From Eledone cirrhosa (taxonomy: Eukaryota), in assembly GCA_964016885.1 (NCBI GenBank), contig OZ024742.1:37014001-37078000 (forward strand): a stretch of 64,000 bases of DNA, read 5' to 3'. The position numbers were made by a program, and so were the translations under genes. The notes below the pieces were generated by a model. It did no database searches and was not told where the DNA came from. It saw only the letters and a list, made by a program, of their open reading frames with translations. Below, piece after piece: positions 37,086 to 49,400 of this stretch. The stretch's first letter is position 1. Every line of letters begins with the position of its first letter.

Positions 37086-37439
37086 CAATCGACCCTCTGA
37101 AACGATCATAAAACAATGAACTAATTATCTACCTACACCTGACTTCTGTTTTTATTGTTCTATGCATACACATATACATATATATATATAACCACCTCCT
37201 GGTGTTGTTTTATGAGGAGGAGGGAATATTAGCATCTCCTGTTGGACTTGTTCATGTATATACATGCACAACAACAACAATAACAGCAACATACTGTTTT
37301 CATATTTATTTATCATGTGTTTTTTATTTGAAGCAATGTTTTACAAACAGATGCCCTTTTTGGTGCAAACCTGCGACTCACAGGAATACAGTATACCTAT
37401 TTTAAATTAGACACATGCAGTGAGCACATGTATCTATAT

Positions 37440-37495
<56 letters not shown>

Positions 37496-37507
37496 AATAT
37501 ATATATA

Positions 37508-38575
37508 TGACCTGGGTGACAAAATCAGCAGTGGGGGAGGGTGCTCTGAAAGTACAGTAGCTAGAGTCAGAACTGGATGGAAAAAGTTCAGAGAGCTTAT
37601 ACCACTATTAGCCGCTAGAGGGTTCTCCCTAAAGATGAAAGGCAGGTTATACGATGCCTGCATACGAACAGCAATGCTGCATGGCAGTGAGACCTGGGCA
37701 TTGTGTGCAGAGGATATACGCAGACTAGAGAGGAACGAAGCTTGCATGCTCCGCTGGATGTGTAACAGTAATATACGTGAACGGCAAAGCATAAACGAAC
37801 TAAGGAAAAAATTAGAAATAAGAGGGATCAGATGTTGTTTACTCGAGAGAAGGCTACGTTGGTACGGTCACGTGATGTGCATGAAAGACGACAGCTGTAT
37901 AACAAAGTGCAGGGCAATAAAGATAGACGGTAGCCACGGAGTAGGCAGACCCAGAAAAACATGGGACGAGCTGATAAATTCCGACCTCACACGCTTACAC
38001 CTCTCCAAGACAATGTCACTGGACCGAGACCTTTGGCGGTAATCAGTAATAGAGAAGACCCGCCTTACCTAAATACAAAGTAAAAACCTACTACAGTCAG
38101 TAGGCATCTCTATCAAAACACACCCCCGTCCCACCACCTCCACCCCATCCACACCGCCCCTTTCAATGTAAAGTTATGTTGGTCCCACAACATCCAGGCC
38201 AAAACAAATGAGATCGTGTAGGTGTCACGACAAAAAAACACACAGTCCACGCTGTAAATGTGGCCGTGTAGGCAACACGGTAAAAACCTCCCAGCCCCAC
38301 ACTGTAAAAGTGGTTGGTGTTAGGAAGGGCATCCAGCTGTAGAAAACCCGCCAGACAGTCCACGCTGTAATGTGGCCGTGTAGGCAACACGGTAAAAACC
38401 TCCCAGCCCCACACTGTAAATGTGGTTGGTGTTAGGAAGGGCATCCAACTGTAGAAAACCCGCCAGACAGTCCTATGCGAGCAAGACAACCACTCTTGCC
38501 TCAAGTGGGAAAACCCCCGTCCAAACCCATGCAAGCGTGGAACACGGACGCTAAACCTGATGATGATGATGATGA

Positions 38576-38579
<4 letters not shown>
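37508..38579 (+). mobile_element. RTE LINE 3' fragment with (TGA)n tail, inside (TA)n
   Basis: ORF 37635-38042 KGRLYDAC..HGSETW..RRLRWYGHV..GRPRKTW. Confidence 0.92.
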
Positions 38580-38611
<32 letters not shown>

Positions 38612-38911
38612 ATAAATGTGAAGACTAAAATCCAAAGGGGGCTCGATAAGGATTATATATATATATAAAAAATATATATATATAAAAACCTGTAGAGCAA
38701 ATATTTATTATAAGTACAGATTAAAGTTTAAGCAAAGAATATATATATAAAGAACTTTATATTGCCTTCATGTATATATATATATATATATATATATAGT
38801 AATAATAATAATAATAATAATAATAGTAATAATAATAAATTTCAAGACTAAAATCCAAAGAGGGCTCGATAAGGATAAATATATATCAAATATATAAGAA
38901 CCGTAGAGCAA

Positions 38912-39410
38912 ATATTTATTAAAATAACAGATTAAAGTTTAAGCAAAGAATCGCTGCTTTCACCCTTAACGGGATCTTCTGAAACTAACAAAGTCAATCT
39001 GTAAACGCAGAACTGGATATTTCAAAAAACGTTGCAACCGGAGGAAGACAGGAAGACGATACTTTGGTTCGTGGAAACGTTCCCTGGCAAAGAACGGGAA
39101 AAAACTATGAACCACCTAAGAGAACATTAGTCTACGACCTCTTTTATACCATAAACGTGGTTCTGTCTTTGCGCGTAATTGTTTTTCACCGCTCCTATTA
39201 ATGACGTATTATATTCGTTTTTTCCCGTTCTTTGCCAGCGAACGTTTCCACGAACCAAAGTATCGTCTTCCTGTCTTCCTCCGGTTGCAACGTTTTTTGA
39301 AATATCCAGTTCTGCGTTTACAGATTGACTTTGTTAGTTTCAGAAGATCCCGTTAAGGGTGAAAGCAGCGATTCTTTGCTTAAACTTTAATCTGTTATTT
39401 TAATAAATAT
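38912..39410. repeat. Near-perfect inverted repeat (194-bp arms, ~110-bp spacer)
   Basis: 38912-39105 is the reverse complement of 39217-39410 with about one mismatch. Confidence 0.9.
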
Positions 39411-39626
39411 ATATATATATATATATATAACGAAGGAAATGTGGTAAGGAACCAGGTGGACCATAACGCACCAAAGTACTCAATACTTAGGGTAGTAGAG
39501 TGGGTAATAGGAACAAGTAGGACCCCGACGGTTGAGCTCAAGCCGTTTCGACAGAATTAGCCGTCGAAACGGCTTGAGCTCAGCCGTCGGGGTCCTACTT
39601 GTTCCTATATATATATATATATATAT

Positions 39627-40347
39627 ACTAACAGGTAGGGAAAAATACGTATGCAGCAGATGTACAGGGAAATTTGACAGTAGAAGTCGCATTGATAGAC
39701 ACATTTTTCAAATGCAGGTAGGTTCTATAGAAGTTGTTGATAGCTTCCGGTACCTAGTGATCAGATTAGCATTGGAGGTGGGTGTTCTGAGGCTATAGTA
39801 TCTAGAATAAGGACAGGTTGGGAGAAGTTTAGGGAGCTGCTTCCTCTGCTGACGAAGAAGGGTTTCTCCCTGCATACGAAAGGACGGTTATATGATGCCT
39901 GTGTGAGATGCATGATGCTGCATGGTAGTGAGACATGGGCAGCAACTGGAGAGGATATGCGACGGCTGGAGAGAAATGAAGCAGGCATGCTCCGTTGGAT
40001 GTGTAATGTCAATGTACGTGAATGACCAAGCATGGATGAGTTGAGAGAGGAACTGTGTTTAAGAGGCATAAGTTGTAGTGTGCAGGAGAGACGACTATGA
40101 TGGTATGGACATGTGATGCGCATGGTGGATGACCGCTGGGTAAAGAAATGCTAGTAGAAGGAAGACACAGTAGAGGAAGACCACAAAAAACATGGGCAGA
40201 GGTGGTGAGAGCAGACCTCAGATTGCTGAAGCTCACGGAGGAGATGACAAAGGACCGTGACAAGTGGAGAGATGTTGTGCTGAATAGGACCTGTCCCACC
40301 CTTGCAAGCAGGGAAAAGCGGACATAAAATAATGATGATGATGATGA
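39627..40347 (+). mobile_element. RTE LINE 3' fragment (second subfamily)
   Basis: Same RTE C-terminal motifs and (TGA)n tail; inverted relative at 55050-55980. Confidence 0.88.
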
Positions 40348-41634
40348 TATACACACACACACAACACAACATCAAGCAATTTTTAAGATAATTTTCCCTC
40401 AAATACTCTTCCTGGTGCCAACACTTTTGGTCACCTCTTACAACACACAGAGTAAGGAGTATTTATTTTTAATATGGATCTACATAGTAATGAAATATAT
40501 CACCAGCTGATGTTGCTTTATGATGCAAGGTTTAAATTTATATATGTATACTTTAAAACAAATGGTTTTATATCATAAAACAGTTAACGGTTTCATGCGA
40601 TTTGTTATCAAAAAGGTTAAAACATTTACTGTCATGTATTTTGTTGAGAAATTGATAAGTAGCAGAGTGACAGTTCCCTTGTTTTAGCTCTTTGCAGAAG
40701 CAAAATTTGGAACATGTTGGAACATTAAAATGTTTTAAAATTTATCTTAACCCTTACACTACCATATTACTAATGAAAGGCGCTGCCTATGATTTTCAAT
40801 TGATTTTGGAAATAATCGAAACTTTTGCAGAATTTAGTAATATAACTAACTTTCTCATTAATTATCTAGTATTTGGAACATAACTCAACAAAGGTTCCTA
40901 CATAAAATTTTCATTGAAGGTTTTTAGATGAATATAAGCACTTAAAAACAAATAGATTTGAACCAAGGGTGGCTTCAGGCAGTTTGGTATCAAATGGGTT
41001 ATAAAAAAATGCATCTAAATATATCAACATAAGATTCTTGTTTGATGAAAAAACAAATTGCAAAGATCAATTGATATGTTTTTATTTACTTGGTAGGTCA
41101 GGAGGAAGGGGCATACCCATGGCTTTTACATGCCCTCATTGACTGAAGAAATTAATGCTGCTGATTTTGTTTAAATTGTTACAGGTTCACTTCTTTTGGA
41201 ATGACATGAGCATGGAGAGAGTTCCAGATGGAGGGCTGACATTCTTGGCAGGAAGGACTGGGAAAGGTGGTTAGTACAGAGAATGGGGAAGAGTGGAACT
41301 CAACATGTGTAATGAGAAAGGGAGAGATGAATGAGTTAGGAGTGCCAACATTCTGTGCAGGAATGACTGAGCATAGTGGTTAGTGCAGAACCAGGGCAGG
41401 CTGGGTAGAATTCAATACAAAATGGATGAAGAGAGGAGAAAGACAACAGAGTCAGGAATGCCAATGTTTTGACAGGAAGGACTGGGCGTAGTGCTTAGTA
41501 TAAGGCACAGGAGGCGGGACACAACATGGGTGATTGGAGGAGGAGAGACAAGTGAGAGAAGAGTGCTTGCGGAGCAGTATTAGCCATTGTAGTTTGCTAA
41601 ACTTTACTGGAGTTATTTTTTTTAACAATTACAG

Positions 41635-41802
41635 ATACCTTAGCAGATGGAGGTCTGCCAGAATGGTTGAATATTCCTGAGTTCTTTAAGCGGCACAGCT
41701 GTTTTGCAAACAAGTGTGTTGAGAAGGCCATTGAAAATATACAAGAATTGCAATGTTTTTTCTTAGAAGGAGGTCCCATAGAATTACCAAAGTCTTCTGC
41801 AG
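41635..41802 (+). CDS. CCDC178: CCDC178-like coding exon 3 (DTLADGG...KRHSCFANKCVEKAIENIQ...SSA)
   Basis: ACAG|...GCAG|GTAAC; 168 nt; resembles the recalled human CCDC178 segment RRHSC...CVNKMISHIQ. Confidence 0.82.
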
Positions 41803-42858
41803 GTAACATCGCTGGCTATGATTGTTGTTGTGTGGGGTATTGTTGTTGTTGTATAGGTTATTGTTGTTGTTGTATGGGTAGTAGTTGTTGTTTTGATTGT
41901 TGTTGTTTTTGTGGTTGTTGTGGTGTTGATTGTTGTTGTAGTTGATGTTGATGTTGTTGAGCTAGTAGTGGTGATGGTTGTTGTTGTCATATGAGGGCAG
42001 GTGATTAATTGACTCTTCTGTTTACGTGTGAAGGCTCTAGTTATGGTTGCAATAAGTGAATGCATGATACATACATACGTGGACACATGCATATACACAC
42101 AAACATACATTCATACATGCATATATATGCATGCATGCTTGCATATCACATTCCGATTTCGAGTAATGCCATTGCTTGATACGTAAGCATGAGCATTACG
42201 GATGTGGCTTTTTAGTCTTGCTAGGGACCTGCTTGTAGCCACCAATGTCACATATCAAGCAATGCCTGTGCTTGAAGCTTTTTTTAAGTGAGGAATTGCT
42301 TTGCACATGCATATACATACATATGCATACATACATACATACATACATACATACATAATACATACACATACACATACATACATACACACACATACATACA
42401 TGCATACACACATACACACATACATACACACATACATACATACATGTATACATGCTTGTATGTATTCTCTTTCTCTTAATTTTGAGTTTATCTTTGACTG
42501 GTCACCTTCCTGAGGTAACAAAAAAAAGGAAATTTGCATTGTGCAATAGTTCATGCTTTCAATTGTAAGAACACCTTACCGATTTTGATGGTTCCAGATA
42601 TTGTGGTCATTTTTAGATTATGAATTAAGGAGCTACGTTCTTTCAAGATCAGTTACACTTTGGTCCAAGCAGGTTGGTAAATATTCTTTAACTCAAATAT
42701 ATATATATATATATATATACTATATATATATATATATATAGTATATATATATATATATATATATATAGTATATATATATATATATATACTATATATATAT
42801 ATATATACTATATATATATATATATACTATATATATATATACTATATATATATACTAG

Positions 42859-42980
42859 TGAAGGCGTGTGGCTGAGTGGTTAGAGTATTAGATTCACAAT
42901 CGTGAGGTTGTGAGTTCGATTCCTGAACCAGGCGATGTGTTATGTCCTTGAGCAAGACACTTTATTTGACGTTGCTCCTT
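42859..42980 (+). mobile_element. tRNA-derived SINE, second family (5' part)
   Basis: A-box TGGCTGAGTGG, B-box GAGTTCGATTCC, then GTCCTTGAGCAAGACACTTTATT; relatives at ~18990, 26470, 53490 (-), 56970 (-). Confidence 0.75.
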
Positions 42981-43394
42981 CTACCTGGAGTTGCGACCGA
43001 TAGATAGTATTAGCAATTGGAAAGACCAACGGAAACATAGTTTCCTCGGTCCGATTTGACGAAAGTCGATCGACTAGAAAAAAAAAAAATATATATATAT
43101 ATAGTATATATATATATATATATACTATATATATATATATATACTATATATATACTATATATATACTATATATATATATACTATATATATATATACTATA
43201 TATATATATACTATATATATATATATACTATATATATACTATATACTATATATATACTATATACTATATATATACTATATATATATATATACTATATATA
43301 TACTATATATATATACTATATATATACTATATATATATATACTATATATATACTATATATATATATATACTATATATATACTATATATATATAT

Positions 43395-44432
43395 ATGCAA
43401 ACAATGGGTACACAAGAGATGTAGCGGGATCTCAGGAAGCTTAATTAAGAATGTAGGATTCACATGCAGCAGCTGTGCTGAAACAGCAAGCAAACAGCCA
43501 CAGGAAACAAGTACCACCAATCTCTGGGAGGGCCCTGTAGAAACAGTAGACAGCTTCTGCTACCTAGGTGACCGAATTAGCAACGGAGGTGGGTGCTCAG
43601 AAAGTACAATAACTAGGGTAAGAACGGGATGGAAGAAGTTTAGGGAACTACTACCACTGCTAGCTGCAAAAGGCTTCTCCCTCAGAATGAAAGGCAGACT
43701 GTATGATGCGTGTATCCGAACAGCGATGTTGCATGGTAGTGAGACCTGGGCGCTGAAGGTGGAAGACTTACGTAGATTAGAGAGAAACGAAGCCTGCATG
43801 CTCCGATGGATGTGTAACAGTAATATACGTGAACGACAAAGCATAAATGAATTGAGAGAGAGACTGAGCATAAGAGGAATCAAATGCTGCGTGCAGGAGA
43901 GGCGGTTACGCTGGTATGGACATGTGATGCGTATGAAGGATGACAGCTGCATAAAAAGGTGCAGAGCACTAGAAGTTGATGGAAACCGCGGAGTGGGGAG
44001 ACCCAAGATGACTTGGGATGAGGTGATAAAAGCCGACCTTACCCAACTACACCTCTCAAAGTCAATGACACACGACCGTGACTTCTGGCGTCACGCAGTA
44101 ATACAGGGTACCCGACCTCCCATGGGTACATGCTGAAGCATATAAACAATATGCCCCCCCCCCACCGCAAGGTGGTCGTGGAGGTGCCACGGCAAAAAAG
44201 CACCCAGCCCACACTGTAAAGTGGACGTGTAGGCGCCACGAAAAAGCACCCAGCACTCACTGTAAATGAGGTTGGTGTTAGGAAGGGCATCCAGCTGTAG
44301 AAATCAAGCCAGATCAGTTCCTGTATGAGCAAGGCATGGTCAGCCGACCAGACACTGCCCACAACAGGACAACCCGTCTAACCCATGCTAGCGTGGAAGA
44401 ACGGACGTAAAACGGTGATGATGATGATGATG
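43395..44432 (+). mobile_element. RTE LINE 3' fragment with (TGA)n tail
   Basis: ORF 43687-44136; starts at the end of a (TA)n/TAC array. Confidence 0.92.
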
Positions 44433-44940
44433 AAGCTGAATATGTATTTTGGGTACTGGTTCTGCAAACTCTTCTTCAATTGTTCATAGGTATCCTCCTT
44501 CTCTTGCATTTTTCTTACAACATTGACATCAAGTGAGCAGCTGACATCTACAACAAAGTATGTTTTTGATGTATGTATATATGTGTGTATGTTTCTCTTT
44601 ATCTTAATTTTGAGTACATTTTTGACCAGCCTCCTTCCTGGTGGCAAGGTTGTAAAAGAAAATTGTCATCCTTTGAATTGCAAGAATGTTTTGCAAATTT
44701 TGAAGGTGCCAGCTATCGCGTCCATTTGTAGTCTATGAATTAGAGAGCTGCGCTTTTTGTCCACAAATGCAGGTTCAGTCATACTTTGGTCCAAGCTGGT
44801 TGGTATTTAACCTATAGCTCCAATAATGATGGGTATGAAGCTAAAGATGTATCTTGGATACTGGATCTGCAAACTCCTCATCAATAGTCCGTAGATGTCC
44901 TCCTTTTCTTGTATTTTTCAGTGGGCAGCTGATCTTGTTT
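44433..44940 (-). mobile_element. REL-endonuclease non-LTR retrotransposon (R4/Dong/NeSL-like) 3' fragments in tandem
   Basis: YFVVDVSCSLDVNVVRKMQEKEDTYEQL..LQNQYPKYIFSF and EKEDIYG..LQIQYPRYIFSFIPIIIGAIG; another 3' end at ~42465-42690. Confidence 0.7.
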
Positions 44941-45227
44941 TCAATATGCATGTATGTATGCATATACATATGTATGATTCTATGTATGTATGTGTATATG
45001 TATATATATTTATGTATGTATGAATGTATCTATGTGTGTATGTACGTACATATCTTTGTATGTATATATTATGTATGTATGTATATATCTATGTATGTAA
45101 GTATGTGTGTGTGTACTTTTATGTATGTATATATGTATGCGTATATGTATGTATGTGTGTGTGTGTGTATTTTTATGTATGTACAGATACAAACAAATGG
45201 TGACTTAGTTCCATAATATCATCGTAG

Positions 45228-45437
45228 TGATTCCTTGGACGAAGTTTGCTCGTGATGCTGAAGCGCAGCCAGCAGTGATTGGTGAGGTGTTATTACTGTT
45301 GGCCCACCTCCACTACGACTGTATTCGAACCCATGCCAAACTGAGGCATGAGGTAAAATTGTCAAAATTCATTTCGACACAGATTGATGAGATGTCAGAG
45401 AAGAAGCTGAAATTGATAACTACTGCTGTCCAAAACG
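45228..45437 (+). CDS. CCDC178: CCDC178-like coding exon 4 (VIPWTKF...QIDEMSEKKLKLITTAVQN)
   Basis: CGTAG|TG...ACG|GTATT; 210 nt; resembles recalled KIDSWSVWKLQELPLAVQKEH; acceptor position less certain. Confidence 0.75.
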
Positions 45438-45489
45438 GTATTGCTTTATTCCTTTATTGTTCTATTATTTTTATTATTATTATAGTGTA

Positions 45490-46235
45490 GAGTTACGGCC
45501 CTTTACGTTCTGAGTTCAAATTCCGCCGAGGTTAACTTTGCCTTTCATCCTTAAGGGGTCAATAAAATAAAGCACCAGTAATGCACTGGGGTAATTGCTG
45601 GCCTTGTGCCAAAAGTAGAAAAATCATTATTATTATTATTATTATTATTATAGCACAGAGTTACGGCCCTTTACGGCCTGAGTTCAAATCCCTCTGAGGT
45701 TAACTTTGCCTTTCATCCTTACGGGGTCGATAAAATAAAGCACCAGTCATGCACTGGGGTTGATTTAATCGTCTTTTCCCTCTCTCCAAATTACTGACCC
45801 TGAGCCTATAGTAGAAATCATTATTATTATCGGTAAAGGGTCGGACGCCATGCTTTCCAGCATAGTTACGTCCCTTTACGGTCTGAGTTCAAATCCTGTC
45901 GAGGTTAACTTTGCCTTTCATCCTTACGGGGTCGATAAAATAAAGTACCAGTAATGCACTGGGTAATTGCTGGCCTCGTGCCAAAAATAGAAACACTTAT
46001 TTTTATTGTTATTATGGCGGAGGATTAGCAGAATCGGTAGAGCATCGGAGAATATGCTTAGCGGCATAGAGTTATAGCCCTTTACATTCTGAGTTCAAAT
46101 CCTGCCAAGGTTAGCTGTGCCTTTCATCCTTATAGGGTCGATAAAATAAAGTACCAGGCATGTAATGGGGTTGATTTAATACTTTCCCTTTCCCTAAAAA
46201 TTGCTGACCTAGTACCAAAATCAGAAACCATTATT
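45490..46235 (+). mobile_element. Four tandem tRNA-derived SINE copies filling the intron
   Basis: Repeated GAGTTCAAATCC...CTTTGCCTTTCATCC...AAAATAAAG units separated by (ATT)n. Confidence 0.85.
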
Positions 46236-46252
46236 ATTATTGTTATTGTCAG

Positions 46253-46403
46253 AACATTTGAAATTCCACAAGGTGAATCATCCCTATTTCCGTGATGTTC
46301 AGAACCGACAACAGTTGGTAGCCAACACCAGCAGCAAGAAAACACATGCGCAAAAGCTCAATTGCCTTCTCAATGAAGATATTCAATATTCTATGAAACA
46401 AAT
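46253..46403 (+). CDS. CCDC178: CCDC178-like coding exon 5 (EHLKFHK...LNEDIQYSMKQ)
   Basis: GTCAG|AA...AT|GTTAGT; 151 nt; phase 1-2. Confidence 0.8.
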
Positions 46404-46435
46404 GTTAGTGCATTATTATTATTATTATTATTATT

Positions 46436-49400
46436 GGCGACCTACATAGTAAAGCATATCATCGTGAGCTCCGCAAAGGTTTGTTATTTTCAGTTGTTTA
46501 AAATTTATGGAAAATTTTTATTGTTAACTGTATATAAGTGCACATACATTGTTATCTGAAAAGGACACCCAAAAAGATTGAGGCCTTGAGCCCAAAATTT
46601 AAACTTTTATAATTATCAAACAAAAATTTTTCTTTGAAAAATCATGGATGACTCAGAGTCACTCCTTCCTCACAAACTAACACCTCACACCGACACCACC
46701 ATTGCAAATATTACTACGTTTGCCAACACTAAAAATATAAGCAGTAGCAATATTTTTAATTTGTCTCAGGCAGACATTCATTTCCCGCCATTACCAATGA
46801 CTGCAGGAGTTAAAGCCGCCACCCCCACCACCACAGCGACAACAGAAACAAAAGAAAAAAATAAATTAACTCATGATATCGAGATGAATTCAACCAAAAT
46901 TAACTCTTCCACACCGAACACCACTGACGCCACCACCACCACAACTGAAACTAAAATTAACAATAACAAAAATAATGATAACAATAACAACAATGAAATT
47001 AAGAAAACCACCCTGAGTTTTGCCAGAGTAGCAAAACAGTGTGAAGCATTTCAGGTAACTCAGGAGGAATTAGAAGAAGCCAAAAAAATGGTAAAGAAAG
47101 ATGGGTACAGGGTCAGCCTCACTCCCCCCCACCTAATAAAATGGAGCATCGGCGCCTATGCACCGTGTCTTATAGAACAATTAACATAAAATTGCGCCGA
47201 GTAGAACGGGCATCCGAGTCCCAAATCCAAAAAGCTTTGGGACATGTGTGAGCAAAAAAAACCCACATCAGATGTAGGCAGAAATATGGAACCGTGGACG
47301 TGTTCTTTGAAACACCACAGGAGGCTAGAGAACACTCCATGGCCCCATTAAGAAGTGACGACTTCACACTCGTCCCAAGCTATTGTGGCCAGAGACTCGT
47401 AAAGATCAGGGTGACCCACTGACGGCAGCTACCTCACCGTAATCGTCAAGGGCAGAAGGCCTAGGTGTGTCGTTTGTGGTGAAGGAACCCACCTAAAGGC
47501 TTTCTGCCCTCATGCTAAAAGGTTGAGGCCACCTCTCTTACCCACCCCAGTGACTCAACCATCAACACCACCAACAGCAGAGATGGCAGCAACAACTGTA
47601 GCAGCAATAACAGAAGCAACTGTAACAGCAACAACCCCAGCAACAGTAGCAAAACCAACACCACCACCACCCAACGCGCCAGAACTAGCACCAGCGCCTA
47701 CATCATCAACCACGCCACAACCAAAACCAACGCCTGTGGAGGATTTTCCACTCCCCGACCTATCACAACTGGAGACAGATTGTGACGACGAGGAGTGGGA
47801 AATGGTATCAGGAAAAAAGAAAAAAAGAAACCAAAAAAGAAAAAATTCTCTTCCCTCCCCCTCCAAAAACAAAATACAGAGGGAAACAAATAAACTATCA
47901 AACAAAAAAGTTAGGACAGATATGCCACCATCCACACCAGCATCACCAACCCCATCACTACAAACACCAACACCATCACCATCATAAACCCCAACACCAC
48001 AAAAGTCACCAAAAAGCGAAACAGAAACAAACCGACAACAAACTCAAACAAAACAAAACAACCAAAACGATACACACTACACAGCATTAAATTTGAACAA
48101 CAACCAATTATTACACTACATCCAACACAACACCAGCATCACAGAAAAAGACTACACAACAACCCAAAAGTTCACACCACCTCCACACATACAAATCACT
48201 CGCATCACACAGAAAACGTACACGACACTAAAACAAAAATTCCCCAAAGACATCGGAGACTTCCGACAAACACTCTCCAGGAGGATTTATAAGGACATCC
48301 TTCCTGAGGAGGCCACAAGCAGTGAAAAGGATGGACAAACCATCCTTCCTCTACAAGAAGTAAGGTAAGTGGTCTTTCCCATCTTTTCCACTCCATTTCA
48401 ACATGACCTCACTCAGAATAGGCAGCATAAATGCACGTGGCTTGGGGTCATCATGGAAGCAGGGCTACCTGCTCAACGACCTCAGGTCACTAAACATAGA
48501 TGTAGTGGCCATCAGCGAGACCAGAATCTCTGAAGCACGGGCCTTCGCACCGATCTTCGGTGGCTACGATGTGTACGCATCTCCCAGCTGTCCGGGATCG
48601 GGGGGAGGAGTTGCTGTGCTTTTTCGGAGAGGTTTGGATCTTGCCATACGGGCCATCTTCCTGGACCCAGAAGGTAAGTTGGTGGTGCTAGACATGACCA
48701 GCGGAGACGGGCAAGCTTTCAAGCTAGTTGCCGTCTATTCCCCGACAGGAGCAGGGCGGCCTGATTTCTTCCGGCGTTTGGAGACCTTTCTTGGAACGTC
48801 CCGCTCTTTAGTGTTAGTGGGCGACTGGAACAGGATCTCAGATGCACGCTGGGACTGTGTGGGATTAGCGGATAGGGGAGGAAGATGCAAGAGCCTCACC
48901 AACCTGCTCAGGCGTTTTGAACTGTCTGACAGGTACCGAGTGGATTTTCCGAATGTGCCAATGTGGACTTGGACAAATCGCATAGGGTCATCCAGATCAT
49001 ATCTAGATAGAGTATTTTGTAGGGAAATAGATAGGTCTAGCATAGGCTGTCCACAATTCAAGATAGTCAGCTACACGGACCACAAATTCGTGATCTGTAT
49101 GCTTGACTTAGATAGGCTTCATAGACAAGGACCCGGCTACTGGAAGCTAAACGCGTCCTTACCAGCGCGCAAGGCCTACAGAGACCGGATTAGCGAACTA
49201 GTTAAGTGGGCGTTGACGGGGGCCATTGTCAACAACAAGTGGTGGTTTGCTCTGAAAAGAGCAATTAGAATAGAGTCCATTAGGTTCAGTAAGGCAATAG
49301 AGAAAAATAGAACAGAGGGAGAATTAGTTAGAAAATTAGACGAGGCGCTTAGCAAAGGCATTGCGACCGACATACTTGCGGCGAAATTGGCCCTTAACCA

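Noticed and set aside
42861-42935. Possible tRNA gene
   Set aside because: A/B boxes present, but no intact acceptor stem and it continues into SINE body sequence
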